Shown here: piece by piece, positions 10,835-24,087 of the stretch
Layout: every line of letters begins with the position of its first letter
Position numbering within the stretch: the first letter of the stretch is position 1
Assembly: GCF_001194135.2 (NCBI RefSeq)
Contig: NC_068991.1
Coordinates: 34,956,207 to 35,020,206 of the forward strand
Length of the DNA: 64,000 bases
Source: Octopus bimaculoides
Lineage: Eukaryota
Reading direction: 5' to 3'
Program-made: the position numbers and the translations under genes
The notes under the pieces: model-generated
What the model was told of the DNA's origin: nothing
Database searches by the model: none
Seen by the model: only the letters and a program-made list of their open reading frames with translations

Positions 10835-13800
10835 TAATGAAGTCTTTTTATGAATTTGTGTTGCAAGATTCCTGATGTGAAACCATGAGTTGAAACAGAT
10901 ATTGTAATATTTCGGGGAGATCATTTTTTTTTTTGTTTGCACTATACATTGGTTTTTCACTTGTTTATTACTGTTCTTATTTCATCTTATGTCCAAACCA
11001 AACAAAAGTTATTTTTTACTGAACAAATATAACGGGAAGTCACATAACTAGATTTCAATTATTCAAAATACTACGTAAAACGCATGGAAAATACAGGTTA
11101 TCGTCGAGGTTGTTTCAATCGACATGGAAACTCAAACTTACTCTCAATTGACTTAATTCCTACACAAGGTCTTTTATTACCCACTTTATTAACTTAAAAT
11201 ACAGATCACAGAACGAGAATGCGATCCTCAAACGAAGAGAAAAAAAATGAGTTGCAGCCGCCGAGGGAGCCAACTCCTTTTTACCACTTTGTCTAAGGGA
11301 GGTAACCTTTAAACTTATCATACCAAAGGAAAATAATCTTCTACTATAATAAATACTCTTGTGTTTTTCTCCGTCGCAATGAGAAAGGAAGGGGTGATAG
11401 ATGAATAAGGAAGGAAGGGTGATGGCAAACTTGGTAGTGGGAGCGCTTCAACCCTGTGTGAGTATATGTGTGTGTATGTAAAAGGAAGATGTGTGTGTGT
11501 GTGTGTGCAATGGAAGTTGGATGGTGAACATTCAATGCTGAAAAGAAAAATCAAACAGCGTTTCAACTCTGTGTGAGTATATGTGTGTATGCGTGTGAGT
11601 GTACAAGGGAAGTATGTGAATGTTTGTATGTGTGAACCAGCGTTCTTTCAGTAACAAACAATGATCCATGTCACATCTCAAAAGACAACCACTAGATAAC
11701 ATTGACAAGTGTATTAATTTGATTTACCATCCATATTTATATATAAAATACTGCAATTAGCCGTCATTTTTTATGGCACTGGGCCAGCTTGTTCATTAAT
11801 ATTTACTGGGATTCCATCGAGGGTTCCAGCTGAGTGGTCTAGAGCAACAAGAAATAAAGTGGCTCATTAATATTTAGCTAACTTATTGTAGTTTCATTGA
11901 TGCTTCTCTGTTCTTTTTTCTGTAATATCTTCTTCAACCTCTTCTCTAGCATAGATAACCAAAGAATAAATTAGTGAAAAATCTAATGAGAGAAATTAGA
12001 AGGCTGAAGTAGCAAGGATCTTCTCAAGCAAATTGGTTAAGCTGACAGCAGTGAAATTATTCTCCATGTTGATCAGTTTATAAACAAGAACAATGTCTCA
12101 AAAGATGAAATCCCAACCAGATCTGCCATCTTGCCTATTTCAACTATTCCTTCCAATTTTCACTTGTGTTGCTCAGGTGTCACTATTTCTACATAAAGTA
12201 TTTCTGGAGCATTTGTTTCAAAAATCAGACTTTCGGCCATCAAACCAAATCCATTCTTCTTCTTCAAAGACTGATATTTTAAAACATTGTTTAAAATTTT
12301 GTGTTCTCTTAAGCATTTTGTGAAAGACTTTTCATTCCTATCTACATTTGCCTATGTTTTTTGGTGTGTCTTGTTTCACACCATAACAGTAAAAGTTTTT
12401 ATGAGGCAAAAAAATTTTAGAGACTTGGAGAGAGCTCTAGAGTTTCGTTATGCAAGAGAATTTAATTCATTTGTAATTATAAATGCAAAATTCTGTATCT
12501 TAGTCTATATTTGCTTTACATAGACATATTATACCTTTTTGGAATCAGAATAATCCCACGATCGAAAATCTGCCCTTTGTTTGGTTCTTGAACATCCAGC
12601 ATTGGGATTAGGTCTGGATGAGGATTTTTTATATGCTAATAGTTGAAAATTCAAATTTTAAAAGGACTCCAAAAATTTGTGAACTTTTTTCATTTAAATT
12701 GAATTTAAAATAATACCATATTAGTTGGATAACACCATACTGGTAGGTATCAATAAATGCTTTATTATTATTGCTCTCTTTAGTTTTGGGCTGCAGGCCC
12801 AATTAGCCCTCCATGGGAGCTAGCTTAAAAGTCCACATGGAGTACAACTTTTAAGCTACTATAATCTAAATGTAAAAAAATTGCATTGAGATTGTCTTGC
12901 ACTGTGCTGTAAATCAAATTTAAAGCTATCTGTTTTGTGTGAAAAAGTAAAGTAAAAGCAATAAAGTAGGATTCAACAAAAGAGCAATTTTAGTTCACAT
13001 TCTTTGTCCAAACACCTCAACAATCATATCCAAATGATTGAGTAATATATTTTCGTATTGAATTAAAGTTTCCCCAAATTACTACATTTTTTACCATTCA
13101 GATTGGAATTTATTGTGGTTTTTTAAATTCTGAATTAACTTTTTCTCTCTATTGTTCTCACTGCCTCTCAAGCCTGGCATCTTTCCTTCTTCCTTAAACC
13201 TACTGCTTCATTAGTAATTTACTCATATGAGTTCACCTATACATAGACATACACAACTGTGACACAAATGTAACTTACTAAATACCATGCAATTCAATGA
13301 AATATCAACAGTGGAGTCCATCGCTGCCAACATCAAAGGATCATCAGCAATACACCAGATCTTATTGATGTTTTGTTAATGTAGCAAGACCTAGGATTCA
13401 AACCCCATTCGCTAAATTATCAGGCTAGTGCTATGATTATCTGACTATCATCTGTTCCCTGCCATGAAAAAAACACTTGGCTGGGAAGCAGTATTGCAGT
13501 GATGATGACATCATATCTAGTGTTATTGGACTTTTTGATTAACAGGACTAAAGCATCTTCACCAATGGGATCCAAGCATGTTGAAAGATAAACCTCATTT
13601 GGTCACATTCCATGAGAATATCTTAGTCCACCCAAGAACTTTTCAGCCTACCCTCATACTCTTACACCAAAGACCACAGTGACAATGGAGACTAGCTCAC
13701 ATTCACAATAGTAATGACCCAATGACAACAAGTTATCTTACCATGATAACAATCCATATCATCATGACAGTAATTTAAGTACTGTATATCTCCACTTAAT

Positions 13801-14977
13801 ACTATATGAGTTGCAACATCACTGATGCCAAGCTGTATCCTTTGCCTTTGCCTTGAATAACAAATTTTCAACATGAACCTAGCTGAAACTGAAATTTAAA
13901 TTCAAGTCTTGGGCAGAAATATCATTATTACATGAAAAATAATATTAGATGCAGAAATTTGTCTTTTATTGAGTTCATTAGATATTTCACTAAATCACTC
14001 ATAATTCTTGATTATTTTAAATATTAAAACCATTCTGAGACTCCTTTTTTCTTTTTTTTTTGTTAGAAAAATAGTCACAGAATGGTTAATGTAACAAATA
14101 AAAATTAATATGATAAAAGAATATGTTCTTTGCCATTCCATGTTCTCCACATATATGCTCCCAAATCTCTACAAAGCATAGTCTGAGAAATCTCATTCAT
14201 TTTTACCTTTTCTTGCTTTGACATTTTGCTTAGGCACTAGTACCAAAAGACTGAGTTCAATGAATATCACTTTCAGTTTGTAAATTTTGATTAGGTTACC
14301 ATATGTGACAATAGAAACTGCACTAATATATTCTCCAGTTAATGGCAGTAATGTGACCTCCCTGTAGTTTGGGAACCTCAAATAATAAACCTTCTTCCTA
14401 TTGCAGGTTCAATCATTCCAAAAACCCATTACTTCCTAACAACTCATCTAATATGATGATTCCATTTGACAAATAGAGATCATCAATCTCAACAACAACA
14501 CTTTTAATTCTTAATTTCATTGAATTAGCAATTAAATATTGCAGAGCTCTTCTTAAATGGAACTGCTATTCAATAACAGTAACATGGGCCATGTCCAATT
14601 AATGACAGGTTCACTTCTGCTTATCAACTGTCAAAACTCATAAACAGATAAGGAAAATAATTTTATTTAAAGACAAATTACTATATTAAAAAGTTCCTTC
14701 TGATATTGTAGTCTCTTTGCAGCAATTCTTACTGAACATCTCCGTATTTTTGCAATACTGAACTTCATATTGCTTCACAATTTCTAGACTTCTGTTATTG
14801 GCAACAAAAAATATTTTTGAAACCATTCTATGCTGTCCCACTTGGTCATATGAATTTCAATAACTAATTGATGATAACTCATTGCTAATATAGGTAAAAA
14901 AAATTTGAAACATGTTGTTTCAAATGCCATCAAATGTGCAAGGGGCTGGGGTCATTAGAGATAGTAGATAGCTTCTG

Positions 14978-15812
14978 TTACATAGGAGACCAGATTAGCA
15001 GAGGTGGAGGAAGTTCTGAAAGTGTAGTTGCTAGGATAAGGACAGGCTGGGAAAAGTTCAGAGAGCTTCTAACTTTGTTGGTAACTAAGGGCCCCTCTCT
15101 CTGAGTGAAAGGCAGATTGTATGATGCTTGTGTACATAAAGCTATGTTACATGGCAGTGAAACATGGGCTTTGACTACAGAGGATCTGCAAAGGCTTGAA
15201 AGAAATGAAGCTAGCATGCTCCACTTGATGGGTAATGTCAGTGTGCATGCACGACAGAGTGTAAATGATGTTGTGTGCAAGAGAGAAAACTGTGCTGATT
15301 TAGTCATGTGATGCATATGGATGAGGACAGCTGCATAGAGAAGTGCCAAGCTCTAATTGTGGAGGGTACCTGTGGAAGGGGTAGACCCAGGAAGATGTGG
15401 GATGAAGTGGTGAGAAAGAGTCCTCAGACACTGAGCTCCACTGAGGAAATGACAAGGGACCAGGAGATGTGATTTGCTGTACTTGATAATATGTGTCAAG
15501 CTAAGTAAAATCGCTGTCTTCCACACATACAGGCTTGTCCTTCAGGTGCTAGTGCCACTTAAAAAGCATCCATGCAGGTGCTGCATTAATGCACCTGTTC
15601 CAGAGCTATGTAAATGCACCCATGCTAGTAGCATGTAGAAAACATCCATCACTCTCTGTTAAATGGTTGGCATTAGGAAGAGCATCCAGCAGTAGAAACC
15701 ATGCCACAACAGACAGTCGGAGTCTAGACAGTTCCCTGCTAGCCAACTCCATGTCAAACTGTCTAACTCATACCAACATAGAAAGAGGGTGTTAAACAAT
15801 GACAATGATGAT
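14978..15812 (+). mobile_element. RTE-clade LINE 3' fragment plus shared 3' tail
   Basis: ORF 15105-15311 reads KGRLYDACVHKAMLHGSETWALTTEDLQRLERNEASML (RTE C-terminal region). It is followed by ...TTAGGAAGAGCATCCAGC...GTTAAAC(AAT/GAT)n. Confidence 0.85.
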
Positions 15813-16759
15813 GTTTATACTATCAAAATGTGAAGTTAGAAATTAATGACATGTGCAAATATATCTTCATGATTATAAAGGAATCCAATAGGCAAATATA
15901 TATAAGGTCACAAAGCTTCCAACAAGTCATAGTGCACTTGAGCATTGTAATACAATAAGCTCTTTAAAAGCAAACATCTAGTCCTTAGAGAAAGAAATCT
16001 AAATATATGATAACAAGAGCACACAATCATGAAAAACCATCTTAATAATATTAGCTGTGTGGTATTATTGAAATTGAAATCTGTATTGCTAATAAAAGAA
16101 AGGGATGTTATTGGTAGCCATGATAATAGTGAAAGAGATTAGACCTTCCACTGTTAAGACAATTACAAGAGTAGATGTGCTGATGTTTGCTTTTGTCTTT
16201 TTGTATATTTGCCTGTTGGATTTTTTTTTACTCTTATTGTGTAATTGATTTGTGATTTTACATTTTGGATGTATCTTTATGTTCAAAGAGTTAATTATTC
16301 AAATGAGCAACTAAAGGCTTAATAAACCACTTTTGTTTTAGTTCATTTTCTACATTTTATCTATGGTTGCTCAAACATTGTATATGATTTTTTTTTCTTC
16401 AGTCTCTAGGAAACGCATCTATTTTAAAAGGACACAAAAGACAACCTGTATCTTTAGAAGTAGGCAATATTGTCTTTATTCTTTTTATTGTTGTGATTTT
16501 AAATATATGTATCTTTGTCACTACAAAACAATAAAATAACAAAAGTTTGAATGAGTGAGTGAAGTTATCATTTTGTCTTATGTAGTTGTGTTGTGTATAG
16601 TGTAAATGGTGATCCCACATTTATTAGAGGTTCATAGGTACCTTCAGTAGAGTTTACTCTGTTGCCTTCCGTGGCATTTACTATGATGCAAGTATATGAA
16701 CTAGGATCCTGGCAAGGGGTTATCATGTCTTCACAGCACACCAACACCTGCTACACTTC

Positions 16760-17400
16760 CCTAAATGTTTAATAGTAAAACTAAACCCACTGGACAATTC
16801 GCCTTCTATGTCCATAGAATTTGATCCAGTTCAAGCCCTGTACATTACTTTCCAACTAATACTCAAAACCACACTTCCAATTCCACTCCAAGACACAAAT
16901 CCTACAATCATTACCTTAGTCCATCTCCATTGTCCATGTTATTGAAACCTCACTCTAAAAGGTGGCATCTCAACATTTGTAGATTCCACTGCTCTCTCTA
17001 GCCTGCACATATCAGCAACAGGAATTCCAGTTGCTCTGACAGAAAGTCCCCTTTTCCGACTTCTCCAAATACATCTGCTTCATTTGCTGCTCTCTGAACT
17101 CCTCCAACCACCAACAACTAACCGTATCTCTTCTTGTATCAAGGACATTTATCTAAAGTAACTTCTCCTTGAAGTCATCATTCTCAATGACTTCAACACT
17201 CACAACTCTTCTTGAACTTCATACTCATCCCACACCAATGTCACTAGTGTAGAAACTGAATCTTTCACAATCCTCAACTCACTACATCAACTCCTGTTAT
17301 AGTGGCTTCAACACTTCTGGACTGGTTGGTGTTGTTCCATCTCTATTGAGACACTCCCAACTTATCTGTCATCACTCTAACTTTTCCTTTACTCTGGAAA
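16760..17400 (+). mobile_element. Decayed non-LTR APE endonuclease (I/Jockey-like)
   Basis: Reads EVIILNDFNTHNSS*TSYSSHTNVTSVETESFTILNSLHQL near 17173-17295, resembling the APE ILGDFNxH motif. Confidence 0.5.
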
Positions 17401-17909
17401 TCCCTCCCTACATGTCTTTTCTAAATCCATTAGCTTGCAAATGTTTAAGAGGAAAATTAATCACAAAATTCTCCTCACTCTCAGTCAGCCTATAAAAGCT
17501 ATAAAGACAGTCCTATTTCTCTGGGGCAAACCAAAGCCATCAACATTATTATTGTTATAAATTTCAATGAAACAGTTAGTTCACATTAAAACTCCACCTA
17601 AACATAAACAACAAAATAAAATTTCTAATACCAAAAAGCAAGTATTTTTGTTCTTTTGGAGTGAAAGTGATGTTCGTATGTAAATAAAGATTTGTTGTAA
17701 AATTCTCAAAAGAAAATCAGTTCCAGAAGCTAAATCAATTAATTGTATTCATTGATTCCTTACTTAAAGTTCAGTATAAAAAGTAGGGAAATGAGTCTGT
17801 GATAGTCATGTCTTTAAGACATTGACATTATATCATAATTTTCAAAGAGTTAGAAACAGTTTATCTCCACCAAAATGTGTCTTAAAATAACAACTTGTCT
17901 TAAATTCTG

Positions 17910-17915
17910 TTTATT
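17910..17915 (-). promoter_or_regulatory. Candidate polyadenylation signal (AATAAA) for GPATCH11
   Basis: Plus-strand TTTATT ~80 nt downstream of the stop codon at 17993. Other signals further downstream are possible. Confidence 0.4.
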
Positions 17916-17992
17916 CTGATACTAAATTAAACAATGAGATGTTCAGTAAAAAAAAAAAAAAACAGCAAGATTATTGAGACAGAAATGTATGT

Positions 17993-18054
17993 TTACATTG
18001 ATTCATGAGCAGATCGGCAATTTCCAGGACAATTTTCATCTATGTCTTTTATAC
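17993..18054 (-). CDS. GPATCH11: GPATCH11 coding exon 6 (terminal): (S)IKDIDENCPGNCRSAHESM*
   Basis: TTACAG| acceptor, phase-1 join with exon 5, NCPG...H C-terminal motif typical of GPATCH11/DUF4187, TAA at 17995-17993. Confidence 0.92.
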
Positions 18055-19295
18055 CTGTAATAAAATATACAGAAAAAATGGTTAGTCTTTAAAGATCTTA
18101 TATGAGACTTAATATTTATCATTTTCTTTTCTTATGTCACTTCACTTTGCTTCCACTTACATACATCTATTTTATTTTCATCATGTCCTCTCTGATCTCT
18201 GAATATCTACTTTTCTAGTGGTCTAGTAAATTTCAAATTAATTAATAGGCAATCATCTCCAGAGGGATGAGCAATGGAGAAGACAACCTGTCTAGAATGC
18301 CTTAAAAAATCACAGAAAATTTCAACAAATCAATATATGGAATAAGAGGCTTGAAGTTTAGAAACACAAACAGTCAAGTGCTGGTGCATGATAAAACACA
18401 GTGGCCCACATTGTTTGGGTGGCTGTAGTTGTCTATGTCAACAAATTTAATACCATCACCTGGTTCTTCAGTAACTGTAACAGAGCCCATTCATTTGCAA
18501 ACATTCAGATTGACTCTTCAGTTCAAGGATAATCCAATATGCTGCTTCATACTGCACTTTTCCTGGCATAGTGCTAATATTTGTTAGGAATACAGAAAGT
18601 GATTCTTCAGCAAAGGCCCACTCCCAGGTATAATAGACCCCCATCAATGAGTAATACTTCAGGAGGCTGCCCTATTTGCTGATAGGCACATCTACAGCCA
18701 CTGACTTCCTTACAGATTGTTCAAAGTAGAGGTTAGTGACAACCCATGTATCATGTTTTATTCTTGTTTTCCCATACTACTCTTGGGAGTCCCAAAAATG
18801 TCATAAACATAAAATACTACTTTCAAAAATGATATCAGAATGAAAAACTCCTTAATATCAGCTCTGATACTGCCATTGTCAGCATTTTAAAAGCTGTTTC
18901 CATGCTTTACTTTGTAAAGTAAGAGTGGAAGTATTTCTTCAGCTATGAGGATGAAAATTAGCAACAGTATGTAAAATTTGATCTAACCACAACATTGTTA
19001 GAAACATGAACACCTGATATCTGTTGCAATTGGTAATCTCAGTCATAAAAACTTCACTGAAGCTTCACATAACAATGGTTAAATATTGGGTGGTAGCAGC
19101 TGCAGTCATGGCTAGCTCAGTACAAAAGTTTATTACTTTTGCCTATTCAAACAGAGAGTTTTTGATTATAGAAACAGAGCTAGCGAGGTACATATGGTTG
19201 GTCTGAAATCTTTTTATGATACCTTGTGCAGCTCTCCAGCTCTGGCCAAACCTCCGAACCCACAACAGCATGGAAAATGAATGTTAAATAATAAT

Positions 19296-19505
19296 CTTTT
19301 CTACTCTAGGCACAAGGCCCGAAAATTTTGTGGGAGGGGGCCAGTCGTTTAGATTGATTCCAGTATGCAACTGGTACTTAATTTATTGTCCCCAAAAGGA
19401 TAAAAGGCAAAGTCGACCTTGGCGGAATTTGAGCTCAGAAAGTAAAGACACGAAATACCGCTAAGCATTTCACCCAGTGTGCTAACGTTTCTGTCAGCTC
19501 ACCAC
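19296..19505 (-). mobile_element. SINE with Meta/Sauria-like central domain
   Basis: GGTCGACTTTGCCTTT..TCCTTTTGGGGACAATAAATTAAGTACCAG core, homologous to 39915-40120 and 47822-47978. The superfamily name is from recollection. Confidence 0.7.
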
Positions 19506-19808
19506 TTTAAATGTTAAATAATAATAATGATATGATGATGGTAGTGGTGTTAATTGTGGTATTGATAATGATGACAATGATGGTTTAGTTAGCTTAATTC
19601 CCAAACGTAGATATCAGTAAAAGTGACTAACTGAATGAGTGAGGAATGGTAGTGGTGGTGATGATGATGATGATGATGATGAAGAGGAAGAAGAGAATGA
19701 CAATGATGATGAAATGGAAGACATTACAGTAATAATTGTTTGAATAAAAGAAGCTTTCTGTCACAAGTCAAGAAATTACTTCAACTGCAACTGTAGAATT
19801 TAACTTAC

Positions 19809-19890
19809 TATCAAAAGTTGCACCACACCATAAGCAATAAAAGTAGGTGTTTCTTAGATAGTCAATCACCATTTCTAGTTTTTCTTCAGG
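19809..19890 (-). CDS. GPATCH11: GPATCH11 coding exon 5: PEEKLEMVIDYLRNTYFYCLWCGATFD
   Basis: TTTCAG| acceptor and |GTAAGT donor, 82 nt, with the YLR...YCxWCG motif of the DUF4187 domain. It is absent from the ORF track because it is short. Confidence 0.95.
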
Positions 19891-20589
19891 CTGAAATTTT
19901 AGAAAATAAAGATATAGAGTAAGAATTAATCAAAAATATATTGTTAATTATAAATCAAACAAAATTTAGTTGCTATAAGTCATTGCCACCATCTTCTACT
20001 GATTTCCACCAGTATACACTGCTGCCTATTGTCAATCTGTCACTATCGTAATATAAACCATTCCTATAGTGTCAGTTGTTGCATCTCCTCTCACTTCTAT
20101 GTAACCCACTTCACTTGACAACATATAGTTGGATCTATCTTCAGGCTTCATCAGGAAATCAAAGTATAATTGTTCATTTCTATTTCAAAGTATTTTCTAT
20201 AATAGTTTCTAATATAAAGCACAGGTTTTCAAATATATTAAGATGAAATGTATGGTTATAGAAAGGTGTCTATACCTTTTCACTGGGGAATTAGAGACAC
20301 TAAGGAAATAAATGGTTCCAAACAAAACTGAAACTAAATAACATTCCTCTGATTGAGAATAAAAATCTATTCTACAATGTCTATCTTCTGCTGCACAAAC
20401 ATCAAAAAACAAATAATTTGGAAATGAAACAATAAACTATTGAAGGCTATTGTAAGTAATACTAAGGTTATTTTGATTCTGGTTCAAATTTCTGATTTCA
20501 TTAGTATGTGATCAACTGAGATTTAGGCAAGTCAAAACTTTTTTTCCACTCTAGTACAAATAACTCAGTTCTGTACATTTTCATATTTA

Positions 20590-21000
20590 CAGAGAAAGAT
20601 GGAACACATGAAAGAGGAAGACCCAGAAAGACATGGGACAAAGACTGAAGGACAACCTCAGGACATTGAACCATTCAGACGAGATGACAAAGAACCAAGA
20701 TACCGAGCACCTTGCTGTACTCAAGAAACACATACTCCACAGCAGAAGTGTTGAGGTTGCTCCCTCTGGTGAGGTAGTTTGGCCTGCAAGTGCCCTGTGC
20801 TGGTGTCACATAAAAAGCATTTGTGCCTGTACTGTGTGAGAGTACCACCCAACACACCCTGTAAAGTGGTTGGTGTTAGGAAGGGCATCCAGCCATAGAA
20901 ACCTGCCAAATCAGACTGGAGCCTGGTGCAGCTCTCTGGCTTGCCAGCTCTGGTCAAACTGTCCAACCCATGCCAGCATGGAAAACATGATTAAATTATG
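20590..21000 (+). mobile_element. RTE 3' end and tail repeat
   Basis: RGRPRKTW-type sequence (AGAGGAAGACCCAGAAAGACATGGG) followed by the shared GTTAGGAAGGGCATCCAGC...CCATGCCAGCATGGAAA tail. Confidence 0.8.
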
Positions 21001-21457
21001 ATATTGAAGCAATTTGTTTTATTGACAAATAACCGTTTTTCATATATTTCAATTTTTCAACCAAATGTTAAGTAACAGTAGGAGCTATTTTAAATGTTAC
21101 TCAAGGGAAACAATTTCCAGACCCTGACTAAGAAGTGGGACCAATTTATTTCAGCAAGCTGTTTTATAGCTTGTATATTTGCACAAAAGATTAGCCTAGT
21201 GTTTATGTGAAGTGACCCATCATTCTGTAAACATATTTATATTGCCATAAACACAATATTCTGTTTTTCAGACCAATTTCACTTCTACTCTATTTTTTTA
21301 ACCAAATTATTTGGCAGGCAGCAAAAGGAAGATGAAGACACTGCTCTTCCTCTCTGAAATAAACATGTCCCATGCTAAGTTTATTCTAGCTCTAATCCTA
21401 ATTCTAAACCACAACAACTCAAAGGCTCCTGAGGGTGATTGAACTTAAGGATAAGCT

Positions 21458-21881
21458 CAGCATTGGATTAGCCATTAAGCAAAATAAGTACATGCTTAGG
21501 GCATCAAGGGAAGTGGGGCACCACAGAAATGGGAAATGGTTTATGGTATAAAAGATGTCACTTTAAACTTGCTAAAATAATATTCGGGATGCCTTAATCT
21601 CTACTAAGTATAAAAGCAGACATGTTATGTAAGATTAATTTTAAGGATTTGATCAAAGATTTTGCAATTAGAAAAAGTAGGCGAAAACTTTTCAAATATA
21701 AATAAAGTGGAAATATACACAATGAAACATTACTTTCCATCTTACTGTTAGTTTTGTTTCATTTTGAGAAATAGAAATTTATTTTATTGCTTGTTATTGT
21801 TTATACTTTAAATTATATAAATAAGGGTGCACCAAAATCTTATAAGTGCTTAGGGCCTCTATGGGTCTTAATCCAGCCCTG
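21458..21881 (+). mobile_element. hAT deletion derivative
   Basis: Imperfect TIRs CAGCATTGGATTA / TAATCCAGCCCTG. The internal SLLSIKADMLCKINFKDLIKDFAIRKSRR matches a hAT C-terminal dimerisation remnant. The 8-bp flanks GATAAGCT/GGTAGACT match at 5 of 8 positions. Confidence 0.65.
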
Positions 21882-22563
21882 GGTAGACTTGATGCAACAG
21901 AAGAAGAAATGTGGAGAATCAGCTGTTCTGACACTTTTTTATGTAATGAGAAATCTTGTTAGCATGTCCAACTTTTTCTCAAAGCAGAATTGAAGTGCAA
22001 TATTTACAGATCACTTTGATAGCCTCTTTGCTAGGTTAATTCATTTTATAAACTAGACTAAGAGAATACAATAATGTATACATAAAAGTGTGATTGATCA
22101 AAGAACAATGGTTACCAGATTGGGTGTAACTACTACAATCCCAACCACAATAGACATTGGGTTTACTTAAGAAGGATGTTATAAGTAAAGACATTCTTGA
22201 AGAGAAATTAATTTTACTGTTATTCTTTGGAAGTTTCTCATGTTATCTTTTATAATGTACTAGCAGGTGTGCATCTCTTTTTTGTCTCAAAACATTAACA
22301 AAAACTTCATGCTAAAGATGTTTTATAGAGCCAAATGAGATTGGACAAAATGTTTGGCAATTACTACTTTATATTTTTTAAGTTCAGAGACATAGAATTC
22401 TACTCTCATGAATTTCAATTTTTTAGTTGGAATCTATGTTGAATTTGATTGTCAGTATGACTATATCATTCAATTGGCTATAGATGTGGTAAATAAAGGT
22501 TTAATCAAATCCTAACCAAAGCTAAATAAACCACAAAAACTCAATAACTGAGACATAACTTAC

Positions 22564-22677
22564 AGTATAAATGTCTAAAATTGGTTTCTCTTCAGCCTCG
22601 TCTTCACTTTCATCAGCTAATTTTTGTTCTAATCGATAAAGTGGCCAATAGAACCAATCTTTTGGTTCAGTTATTTT
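22564..22677 (-). CDS. GPATCH11: GPATCH11 coding exon 4: KITEPKDWFYWPLYRLEQKLADESEDEAEEKPILDIYT
   Basis: TTTTTCAG| acceptor and |GTAAGT donor, 114 nt, phase 0-0. WFYWP plus an acidic linker, as in GPATCH11 orthologues. Confidence 0.93.
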
Positions 22678-23488
22678 CTGAAAAATAGAATATGAATATG
22701 AATATATTTCACACACACACACAAAACTGCATCAATATGTGCTACTGTGACTAGATGTGTATTTGAATGTAGAAAAAAAACCCTCCACTTCTGAAGACCA
22801 GATTGACATATTGATCTTTGACTAGAGCAAAACAGAAAACTAGACTGAATATTAACTACAAGTGAACCAATATGGCAGGGATTGTATAGAAAGATATTTT
22901 TTGACAGCTTGAAATGCCAATTGAATTGACTAGTTTCATTGCCCTTACAGCTCATCAGAATATGCCTATCTCACCTTTTCAATGAGTTGGAAAGGTGAGT
23001 AATAGAAAGCTACTTATTGAATTATAAACAATATTGTGCCAATCACAATTCATTTACATGGTGGTATGAGATTGATGGCCTGTCGTTAATAATCATTCAA
23101 CCACTACCATGGTTGAATAATATTGAGGTCAATATTTTCAATCCCATTTTATTTTCAATCTCTATTTCTATTTCTGTTAGTGTATTCTCTTGTTTGCACA
23201 CACTATATTTACACCACACAAATTTTTATGTTCTTTTAATTTATATATTTATATGTTATGCTTTTATATAGAGAGATTTGTATTGATCTGTATTAATATG
23301 TATTCATGTATATGTATTTAAAAAAATATTAAAAAAATTTTACGTCTATGTGTTTTCCGTTTGGGAATTTGCTGATTGACCTAAACTTTGTTTCTGAGTT
23401 TACCTCTTCCATTATTGTTCGTCTCAGACTCATTCCGAGCACTTCTCAGTTACAGCCCATATATCTTGAAAGAAAGGTTTAATAGTAC

Positions 23489-23539
<51 letters not shown>

Positions 23540-24055
23540 NNNNNNNNNNNNNNNNNNNNNNNNNNNNNNNNNNNNNNNNNNNNNNNNNNNNNNNNNNNNN
23601 NNNNNNNNNNNNNNNNNNNNNNNNNNNNNNNNNNNNNNNNNNNNNNNNNNNNNNNNNNNNNNNNNNNNNNNNNNNNNNNNNNNNNNNNNNNNNNNNNNNN
23701 NNNNNNNNNNNNNNNNNNNNNNNNNNNNNNNNNNNNNNNNNNNNNNNNNNNNNNNNNNNNNNNNNNNNNNNNNNNNNNNNNNNNNNNNNNNNNNNNNNNN
23801 NNNNNNNNNNNNNNNNNNNNNNNNNNNNNNNNNNNNNNNNNNNNNNNNNNNNNNNNNNNNNNNNNNNNNNNNNNNNNNNNNNNNNNNNNNNNNNNNNNNN
23901 NNNNNNNNNNNNNNNNNNNNNNNNNNNNNNNNNNNNNNNNNNNNNNNNNNNNNNNNNNNNNNNNNNNNNNNNNNNNNNNNNNNNNNNNNNNNNNNNNNNN
24001 NNNNNNNNNNNNNNNNNNNNNNNNNNNNNNNNNNNNNNNNNNNNNNNNNNNNNNN
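23540..24055. other. Assembly gap between (GT)n and (AT)n microsatellites
   Basis: Run of N flanked by dinucleotide repeats. Confidence 0.99.

Positions 24056-24087
<32 letters not shown>

Noticed and set aside
11880-14930. Possible BEL/Pao or DNA-transposon coding relics
   Set aside because: The composition looks like decayed coding sequence, but no diagnostic motif could be read in any frame.
18049-18057. CAG|GTATAA at the exon 6 acceptor (and AAG|GTCAAG at exon 3) as recursive-splicing sites
   Set aside because: The GT is required by the split Ser/Gly codons and the downstream donor consensus is poor.
18240-18960. Possible decayed hAT transposase in GPATCH11 intron 5
   Set aside because: Only vague similarity, with no TIR or clear catalytic motif.
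20100-20156. Minus-strand CTGATGA-AGCCT...-CAAC-TATAT-GTT as a hammerhead
   Set aside because: GAAA is absent, stem II is broken and stem I does not pair.
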